Source: Turneriella sp. (lineage in GTDB: Bacteria; Spirochaetota; Leptospiria; Turneriellales; Turneriellaceae). From it: DNA of 64,000 bases. The position numbers were made by a program, and so were the translations under genes. This document shows, piece by piece, positions 56,974 through 64,000 of this stretch. The notes beneath the pieces were generated by a model that was not told the DNA's origin, searched no databases, and was given only the letters and a program-made list of their open reading frames with translations. Where the stretch lies: assembly GCA_965279515.1 (NCBI GenBank), contig CBDIID010000003.1, positions 544,001-608,000 of the forward strand. The letters are read 5' to 3'. Every line of letters starts with the position of its first letter. Within the stretch, counting starts at the first letter, position 1.

Positions 56974-59817
56974 TCAGGTTCTTTTGAGACAGACAAGTGC
57001 AATATCGTCAGAAAGATCGCTGGGGCCGGGTTGATCCAGCTTGATCTGCGAGAAATCCTCAACTGCCTTGGCGAGCGCAGCGAGAATCGCATCGGCGCTG
57101 TCTTTTGACTTACCCGCGAGCACCTTTTCCATTCTGTCATACCCAAACTGCTCGCGCCCGGGATTCATCGCTTCGCTGAGGCCATCGGTATACTGGAGAA
57201 AAACATCACCCTTCTCCAACATAATCTTGCGGGGCTCCATCGTCGTGACAAAAAAATCGTTGTCGTCCATGCCGAGTGGCATGCCGCCGGCGGGAATATA
57301 TTCGGTCTTACCATTCGAGTTATGGAAAACCAGCGGCTGCGAATGGCCGGCAGAGAGATACTGTAACTCGCCGGTTTTCAGGTTGTAGAGGCCCAAAAAG
57401 AATGTCACAAACATATGCGAAGGAGTTTCGATATACAGCTGCTCGTTCAGTTTCAGCATAATGTTCTTAATCGAAATCTCTTTTTCACGCAGCTGCGCAT
57501 GGAGCGTCGCACGCGTCATCGCCATCACGAGCGCCGGCCCGACGCCGTGGCTCGAGACATCGCCCATCGCGATCGCGACATAGTCGGTACCCAGGGCGAT
57601 GTAGTCAAAATAATCGCCGCCGACGCCTGCCATTGCCTTATAAAACCCAGCCAAGTCGGCACGGCCGGCAATATTCTTCGGTGTCGACGATGGCAAGAGG
57701 CGCTTTTGAATCTCTTCGGCGGCCGCCAGCTCGCCGCGCATCTCTTCGCGCTCCTTGAGGCCAACCACCATGCCGTTCAGGCTTTGGCCGAGCGTGGCGA
57801 GTTCGTCATAACCCTTGCCGTCAAAGGTGACCTGCAGGTTGCCGTTTTTCACCAGCGCCGATGTCGAGCTTAACGATGCAATGCGGCGCACTGCAAACCC
57901 GGAAAAGTACCAGGCCGCGAAAATAGCGAGAATCGCAATGCCCGAAGAGAATATCACGAGCCAGCGCGTCGACGCGAGTATGCGGTTGAGACCCTCGGTT
58001 TTGTTGATGATCGCAAGGTTGAAACCCACAACATTTTCGCTGAGTAGCTGCGCCGCAAGCCCGCCGGCTTTCCCCGATAACAGGGGAGAAGTATCGAGAA
58101 AGTGCATATACTCTTCGGCTTCGGTGCGCGTCACGGCCAGCACGCCACCCGCCAGCGGCGACTTCACGCCGCGCGGCACCTGGACCTCTGTTTCATTGGT
58201 GGCCGAATAGATAAACTGGCGGATGAGCTGGAAATTACGCGCCTGGTCGTTGCGGCTCTGCACGCTTCTCAGTTCCTGCGACAACTGGTCTTGCTCTGAA
58301 ACGAGACTCAGCCTCACCTTGGCGAGGAGCGCCGCATCGCGCAGCCGCAGCAGGGCTTCGGCAAGAATAAGTTCGGGATTTTCGAGGAGACTGGTTTCGC
58401 GCGCTTTCAGGCTGTATTTTTCACTTTCCGCGGCTTCGATCGCCTGCCGCTCGCCTTCAATTTTGTTCAAAAGCTCGTCGGCGGTGGGGGAATCCTGCGG
58501 CGCTTTTTTCGCTTCGACCTTCTTCAGCAGGTCTTCAAAATCTTTGATTTTTTTCTGCGCCGCGGCAATGACATTCTGCCGCTCTTTCATGAGCGCTTCA
58601 ACGCCCTTAAAATGTTCTTTTTCTTTTTGCGCAAATTTGACAATCGCTGCCAGTGCGCTATCGCGCTTATCGGCAACGGCCTTGTATTCCTTTGCCGCCG
58701 TCATGAATTCGGGGTCACGGAACGGAGGTACACCCTTCTCACGGAGATTTTTGATACGCTCTGCCTTGGTTTCGGCGAGCGTCTTGAGTTCGGCGGCAAA
58801 TCTGGCGTCTGCGTCGGTAAATTCTTTCAGCGAAAAGCCGGGTTCTTTACCGATTTCTGTCGCGCGCCTTGCCCTTTCGACCACCGGTATGTTCACAAAG
58901 ACGGGAGAAAACTGAGACTCAAAGGGGGTTTGCTGGACGTTGAACTCCGCCTTGGAAAAAAGCAGCTTTTCATCGCCGAAAAAGTTTTGCTTAAACTTCG
59001 TGAATTCGGCGTGGCGAAAAAGTTTTTGCGTCGCAGTGCCGCTCTGCGGAAAAAACGACGCTGTATCGAGCTGCTCGGCCTGGTCTGAATCATAGCTCAG
59101 AATGCGGATCGACTCGGGACGGAAGCCCGTACGCTCGATACGGCCGGAGAACAGCGGCCCGAAAGGACGCCTCAGATCAGCGAGTAATTTTGTCCTGAGC
59201 TTCGTGACATACTGTCTCAGCCAATCGGGGGGATTTTCCATCGCCGTGAGCTTCATTTCATTCACGGCAATCTGCGACGCCATGCCCTTCCAGCGCGCAA
59301 AATCCACCGGGGTGGCAGTCGCATTCATCGTCACGTCGATAAACCCCTTGAGCATCGCCTCAAAATCCTTGAGGTTTTTATCGGTGAGGTATGTGCTGTA
59401 ATACGTATCAAAACGGCGCGTCTGGTAGGTGTAATTCACCCGCGCACCGAATGCGGCGCCGACGCCACGGAAAAAGTTACCGACGCTGGAATCTTTTTTA
59501 CTGCGATCGACTTTCTGGAAACGTTTGGCCTCCATGGTTTTTTGCCGCAAGCGGATACGGAAGTTTTCGAGCTGCACCAGCCCGCCGGAAATTTTATGGA
59601 GCTCGGCAACATGCGAGGCGACGAAATCGAGCGGCGCCTGCGTCTCGCGCGCAAACGACGCCGAAAGCTCTTCTTTCTGGCGGAAATAACTGAAAATAAA
59701 ACTGAATACCAGGAGCGCGCTGACGAAAAACAGCGTAAAGACCGTGAGCTTTAACCGGATGCCTGGTGCGATTTTTGCCCAAATTCCCGGTTTTTTATCT
59801 GTCACTTTTTTCCCCAT
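56974..59817 (-). CDS. HAMP + SpoIIE/PP2C phosphatase (RsbU-like) with a large extracytoplasmic domain
   Basis: Two TM helices, HAMP DELATL, and IQKRLLP, GGDYFD, GDVSSHG, SAGH, YTDGLSE and DDIA. Confidence 0.93.
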   Translation of the reverse strand: MGKKVTDKKPGIWAKIAPGIRLKLTVFTLFFVSALLVFSFIFSYFRQKEELSASFARETQAPLDFVASHVAELHKISGGLVQLENFRIRLRQKTMEAKRFQKVDRSKKDSSVGNFFRGVGAAFGARVNYTYQTRRFDTYYSTYLTDKNLKDFEAMLKGFIDVTMNATATPVDFARWKGMASQIAVNEMKLTAMENPPDWLRQYVTKLRTKLLADLRRPFGPLFSGRIERTGFRPESIRILSYDSDQAEQLDTASFFPQSGTATQKLFRHAEFTKFKQNFFGDEKLLFSKAEFNVQQTPFESQFSPVFVNIPVVERARRATEIGKEPGFSLKEFTDADARFAAELKTLAETKAERIKNLREKGVPPFRDPEFMTAAKEYKAVADKRDSALAAIVKFAQKEKEHFKGVEALMKERQNVIAAAQKKIKDFEDLLKKVEAKKAPQDSPTADELLNKIEGERQAIEAAESEKYSLKARETSLLENPELILAEALLRLRDAALLAKVRLSLVSEQDQLSQELRSVQSRNDQARNFQLIRQFIYSATNETEVQVPRGVKSPLAGGVLAVTRTEAEEYMHFLDTSPLLSGKAGGLAAQLLSENVVGFNLAIINKTEGLNRILASTRWLVIFSSGIAILAIFAAWYFSGFAVRRIASLSSTSALVKNGNLQVTFDGKGYDELATLGQSLNGMVVGLKEREEMRGELAAAEEIQKRLLPSSTPKNIAGRADLAGFYKAMAGVGGDYFDYIALGTDYVAIAMGDVSSHGVGPALVMAMTRATLHAQLREKEISIKNIMLKLNEQLYIETPSHMFVTFFLGLYNLKTGELQYLSAGHSQPLVFHNSNGKTEYIPAGGMPLGMDDNDFFVTTMEPRKIMLEKGDVFLQYTDGLSEAMNPGREQFGYDRMEKVLAGKSKDSADAILAALAKAVEDFSQIKLDQPGPSDLSDDIALVCLKRT

Positions 59818-60299
59818 TCACGCCTGAGTTTTAAAACGTTGTGTTCGGCCGCGCGCTCATACGCTGAATCCAGCGTGGTGAGCGCAATAAGCCCCAGGCC
59901 ATTTTCAAGGCCTTCTTCATAATAGAATTCGGTATTGGATTTATGCTCGAGGGGATTAAACGGCAGGCCGTTATCGCGGATTTCAAACTCGACCTGCGTT
60001 GGTTCCTTACGCATCGTCAGTGAAATCTGCGCCGCCTCAAGCGCCTTCGCATCGGGAAAACCGTGCTCAATGATGTTGGCCACCGCCTCGTCGATCGCGA
60101 GAATAATGCGACTCTGCGCGATTGCATCCAGCCCGGCGTTCAGGTCTTCTGTAATATCGATATGCTTCGTCGAATCAAGAAAAGCACGCACGGCCTCGCG
60201 CACGCCCTTCAGCTCATTCAGGTCGCCGGAAATTTTCAGTGCAATCTCGGTACGCAAAATTACAAATCGCCTCTCAGAGGTTTTTCTCCCCTTCAGCAA
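59802..60299 (-). CDS. Anti-sigma factor / Ser kinase (RsbW/SpoIIAB-like)
   Basis: DEAVANIIEHG, DNG..FNP and GLGL. Start uncertain. Confidence 0.88.
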   Translation of the reverse strand: MLKGRKTSERRFVILRTEIALKISGDLNELKGVREAVRAFLDSTKHIDITEDLNAGLDAIAQSRIILAIDEAVANIIEHGFPDAKALEAAQISLTMRKEPTQVEFEIRDNGLPFNPLEHKSNTEFYYEEGLENGLGLIALTTLDSAYERAAEHNVLKLRREWGKK

Positions 60300-60621
60300 G
60301 CGAATTGTAGACGTTGACCCGCTTGGTAAAAAACATCAGGTCCATCGTGTCGCGCACCTCTTTACTGAGCGATGAGAGCGCCATCTTGCCGCCCTTGTCT
60401 TTCAGCGTTTTGAGCACTGCATTCAGCGCGCCGATACCGGCGGATGCGACATATGTGAGCCGCGTGCAATCGACAAGGAGCGACTCGACGCCCTTCGCGA
60501 TGAACTCGTCGAGCTTGGTTTTCAGCGTTGGTGTGGTTTTGGCATCGAGCTCTCCGGTGAGTTCGATCACCGCCTTCTTGCCGTTTAGTTTTTCCTTGAT
60601 TTCAATCTGCGCGTCAGCCAT
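60274..60621 (-). CDS. STAS-domain anti-anti-sigma factor (RsbV/SpoIIAA-like)
   Basis: LTGELDA and the phosphoacceptor Ser motif in DCTRLTYVASAG. Confidence 0.92.
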   Translation of the reverse strand: MADAQIEIKEKLNGKKAVIELTGELDAKTTPTLKTKLDEFIAKGVESLLVDCTRLTYVASAGIGALNAVLKTLKDKGGKMALSSLSKEVRDTMDLMFFTKRVNVYNSLAEGEKNL

Positions 60622-60629
60622 AGTTCCCC

Positions 60630-61544
60630 TTATCCCTTCTTTAAGACCTTCCACAGATCTTTCTTTGTGATGACGTTATAGAGCATGCGTTCAAGGCGGT
60701 CAATTTCATAATAATAGCGGATCGCCGAATTGCCCTCGAAGATCATCGCGTACTTGCGGATCATCCGCACGGCGACCTTAAGGTCACCTTTCATGATACC
60801 CTGCGAAATACGGAAATACAGGTCGGTTGCGAGCAGCTGGTTCAGCGACTCTTCGAACATCCGGTCGCGCGCCTTCAATGCATCGATCACCTTGCGCACA
60901 TCCTTATCCGCATAGGTTTCGGCGTCAGAATACTCCATCATATACCGCGACAACAGCTGCGCGGCCCGCTTAAAGTTATCGGTGCGCGATGCGACCAGAA
61001 TCTGCTGGTAGAGCATCTGTATTTCGCGCGTGATGCGCGCTCGTTCTTCTGTGACGCCCAGCTTTACGGGCTCCAGCGCCTCGGCGATCTTGGTCTCTTC
61101 CATCGAATCGAGAGTTTGTTCGAAGGTCGTGGCGCTGCGGTCATTGTTAACACTTTGCCATTCGGTCATGGGGGATTTCAGGATGCCGAGGAATTCAATC
61201 GATTCTTTGGCTTCACCGATTTGCGGCAGCATCTGGATGATTTCGAGGAAAAAAACCGAAGCATCGCCCAACACAGAGAAATTTTCTGCCATCGCTACAC
61301 CGATCATGCGTTTGCAGTTCGGTGCCAGCGTCGTGCGGTAGGCCGGGTTCTTGAGTTCGGCGCGCAGGTGCTCGAGGGTTTTGCGTGCATCACCGGCACG
61401 CCTTTCCCACGCGGCATTAAACAGCGGGTCATAGAGATATTTTTTGAAGTTACTTTTGCCTGCCTGCGCCAGCAAACGTACCAAACGGTTATACTCCTGC
61501 GCCTGTTCGGAGCGCGATGGAGTCAGTGAATATAAATCTTCCAT
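60630..61544 (-). CDS. Hypothetical alpha-helical protein, first gene of the partner-switching operon
   Basis: 304-aa ORF ending 8 nt before the STAS start. Confidence 0.75.
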   Translation of the reverse strand: MEDLYSLTPSRSEQAQEYNRLVRLLAQAGKSNFKKYLYDPLFNAAWERRAGDARKTLEHLRAELKNPAYRTTLAPNCKRMIGVAMAENFSVLGDASVFFLEIIQMLPQIGEAKESIEFLGILKSPMTEWQSVNNDRSATTFEQTLDSMEETKIAEALEPVKLGVTEERARITREIQMLYQQILVASRTDNFKRAAQLLSRYMMEYSDAETYADKDVRKVIDALKARDRMFEESLNQLLATDLYFRISQGIMKGDLKVAVRMIRKYAMIFEGNSAIRYYYEIDRLERMLYNVITKKDLWKVLKKG

Positions 61545-61637
61545 GCCCTGCGGGTTAGCCCAAGGCAGTTAACCACAGGGGCAAGTTTTTTTTGATAGAC
61601 TGCACGGGCGACTTCGCTGATTATCTGCCTGAACAAT

Positions 61638-62786
61638 ATGAAAAAAAGTTTTATCTGCTGCGCTTTTTTGGCACTACCCCTGATAATGCAGCTCAACGCG
61701 GCCAGCGATGCCGCCAGCGCATTCGGCGCCGACAAATGTGAGGCGCCTGCAGCGGGAAAATTCAACGCCTCGCGGTATATCGACCATTTCGCCTTTGAAG
61801 AGGCCCTGCCGTTCTGCGACAAAGGCGCCAAATGTTCACATTCCATGAGAAACTGGCTGGCTGTGCGCGAGTTTTCACTCGGCAACTATGCGGGCGCAGA
61901 GAAATGGTTCGACGAAGCGGTGAATTTCGCCGCCCACGAAAAGCCCGGCAAGACCTGGACCAAAAAAAAGGGCTGGGGCGCGCTTGAGGATATCCGCCGT
62001 TACCTGAAACAGAGAGCCGAACTCGGCCGGATTTCCCCCGACTATGTGCAGCGCATTCGTGTTATTTATCCGCGCCACACCCGGGCGACGGCGCCTTTCA
62101 CCGCAAAGACGCTCGAATACGACGCCTCAGCCTGCCGGCTACGCCACATCGAGATGAATTTTGGTATGCTGCGGCAATATATTGAGCTCTTCTCACGCGG
62201 CCGCCTCAGCATCGCCGTCGATTACCAGGTTGTCGACGGAGCAATGACACGGCTGACCCAGCGCGCACAGGGCGTACTGGAAAGCATTGAGCCGTGGACC
62301 GAATCCATGTCTGCTCTTATGGCAGATACTGCGGCCAACTACGATCTCGCCTGGTTTGTTTATCCGTATAAAGGCGGTATTGCAACCGGTGGCATCGGCG
62401 GCCTGCCCCTGACGGCGGATGCGACGAAAAAGGTCCGCATGCGCCGCGTCTGGTACCCCGATGGCTGGGGCCGATTTGTAAATTTTCCGCAATTTTTCCA
62501 TGAATACCTGCACACCGTCGAATTCAGCCTGGGGCTGCAATTGACGTCGCACAACCCGGCGCAGACGGCAAAAATACTGAAAGAGACCGGCCTTGAAAAG
62601 GGCAATTCCGGTGAAACGGATTACGCCGAGTGGCATTTCGCCAATACTATCCCAGGCAAACGAACCTGGGAAGAGGCCTTTGGCTACCCGAAACGTAAGC
62701 AGAGCCGTGAAATGGAAACCGATGCAAAAGCCGATGAAATGCCGATACATAAGGAAGAACGTCTAACGAAGGACGACGAGTCATGA
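61638..62786 (+). CDS. Secreted putative zincin metallopeptidase
   Basis: Signal peptide and FFHEYLH (HExxH). ATGA overlap with pyk. Confidence 0.6.
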   Translation: MKKSFICCAFLALPLIMQLNAASDAASAFGADKCEAPAAGKFNASRYIDHFAFEEALPFCDKGAKCSHSMRNWLAVREFSLGNYAGAEKWFDEAVNFAAHEKPGKTWTKKKGWGALEDIRRYLKQRAELGRISPDYVQRIRVIYPRHTRATAPFTAKTLEYDASACRLRHIEMNFGMLRQYIELFSRGRLSIAVDYQVVDGAMTRLTQRAQGVLESIEPWTESMSALMADTAANYDLAWFVYPYKGGIATGGIGGLPLTADATKKVRMRRVWYPDGWGRFVNFPQFFHEYLHTVEFSLGLQLTSHNPAQTAKILKETGLEKGNSGETDYAEWHFANTIPGKRTWEEAFGYPKRKQSREMETDAKADEMPIHKEERLTKDDES

Positions 62787-64000
62787 TATTCCGCAAAACC
62801 AAGATCATCTGTACCATCGGTCCCGCGACAAATACCCTGGATAAGATACGCCAGCTCGCTGCGGCTGGCATGGATATCGCCCGCATCAACATGTCGCATG
62901 GCGACCAGAAGGGTCACCTGGAAGTTATCCAGAAAATCAAATCATTTAATAAGACCGCGGCGATGCCGATTGCGATTCTACTCGATACGCAGGGCCCCGA
63001 GATTCGAACCGGCGATCTATTGGAGAATTTTACGCTGGCAGTGGGTGACAATATCGAGATCACTGCAGCGGGCTCTGAAAATACAGAAAATAAAAGTGTC
63101 ATCACGGTCAACTACCGCGACATGCTGAAAGATCTGAAAGCGGGCGACCGTGTGACGCTCGACAACGGTATCATTAACCTCGAAGTCGTCGAAAAAACAC
63201 AGTTTGGCCTGATGTGCAAGGTCGTCGACGGCGGCATCGTTAAGTCGCGCCGGCACATCAACCTGCCGGGCATCCGTGTTAACCTGCCGTCGATCACCGC
63301 CAAAGACGTGCAGGATATCATGTTCGCAGTGAAGAACGATGTCGACTTTATCGCACTCTCGTTCGTGCGCACCGCCGCAGACGTCGAAGAATGCAAGCGG
63401 ATGATCGAGCGCTATAACGGGCACGCACAGGTTATCGCGAAAATCGAAGATTCACAGGCGGTGCAGAATTTTAAAGAGATCATCACCGCGTCGAATGGCG
63501 TCATGGTGGCGCGCGGCGATTTAGGCGTCGAAGTGCCGATTGAAGATCTGCCAATCATCCAGCGGCGTATTATTAAAGAATGCGCGCAACAGGGCAAGCG
63601 CGTCATCGTCGCCACTCACCTGCTCGAGTCGATGATTGAAAACCCTATCCCGACGCGCGCCGAGGTGACCGACGTGGCCAATGCCGCCTACGAAGAAGTC
63701 GACGCCGTCATGCTTTCGGGCGAAACCGCCGCAGGTAAGTTCCCGATCAAGGCCGTCGAGACGCTCGACAAGATTCTGAAACGCATTGAACGCACCGGCG
63801 GCATTGGCTGGTCACGCGACTTTAAATCCGAAGAAGTCAAAGCCGCGTTCGCCGAGTCATCGGTCGAACTCGCCGATCACCTCAAGGCCGAAGCCATCGT
63901 GGTCTTTACCCGTCGCGGGCTGACCGCCGACTTTGTCACCGCATACCATCCCCGCTACGCTACCGTATTTGCCTTCACAAACATGTCGCAGGTACGCCGC
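62783..64000 (+). CDS. pyk: Pyruvate kinase; 3' end runs off the window
   Basis: Translated by hand: [48 protein letters not shown] and [12 protein letters not shown]. Confidence 0.97.
   Translation, partial: MIFRKTKIICTIGPATNTLDKIRQLAAAGMDIARINMSHGDQKGHLEVIQKIKSFNKTAAMPIAILLDTQGPEIRTGDLLENFTLAVGDNIEITAAGSENTENKSVITVNYRDMLKDLKAGDRVTLDNGIINLEVVEKTQFGLMCKVVDGGIVKSRRHINLPGIRVNLPSITAKDVQDIMFAVKNDVDFIALSFVRTAADVEECKRMIERYNGHAQVIAKIEDSQAVQNFKEIITASNGVMVARGDLGVEVPIEDLPIIQRRIIKECAQQGKRVIVATHLLESMIENPIPTRAEVTDVANAAYEEVDAVMLSGETAAGKFPIKAVETLDKILKRIERTGGIGWSRDFKSEEVKAAFAESSVELADHLKAEAIVVFTRRGLTADFVTAYHPRYATVFAFTNMSQVRR

Overview
This is a gene-dense, moderately GC-rich chromosomal window. Its gene content and protein style suggest a free-living Leptospiraceae spirochete (Turneriella-like); that is an inference, not a database result. 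Most of it is housekeeping and metabolism: pgk, efp, rpmG, mutL, dksA, leuCD, ilvD, a NagZ-like GH3, nadE, tyrS, xseB, kdsD, argH and pyk. It also holds lipid-oxidation genes (desaturase, acyl-CoA ligase, alkB, an Fe-ADH-SCP2 fusion), an ExbBD/TolQR pair beside a PD40-OmpA protein, a VapBC toxin-antitoxin pair with an operator palindrome, MFS/RND/SemiSWEET transporters and several signalling modules. I saw no rRNA, tRNA, CRISPR array, transposase or prophage. The best leads are: (1) an apparently leaderless, single-Cys DksA abutting a family-4 UDG-fold protein that keeps the four Fe-S cysteines but has lost the glycosylase motifs; (2) a ~130-nt structured RNA with its own promoter and terminator upstream of efp (sRNA or attenuator); (3) a membrane-anchored CheA-like kinase with no CheW/P5 domain, paired with a CheY; (4) a five-gene partner-switching operon with no sigma factor; (5) a catalytically degenerate HNH gene coupled to SemiSWEET; (6) several families of intergenic palindromic repeats. 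All family assignments come from reading motifs by eye; no searches were run.
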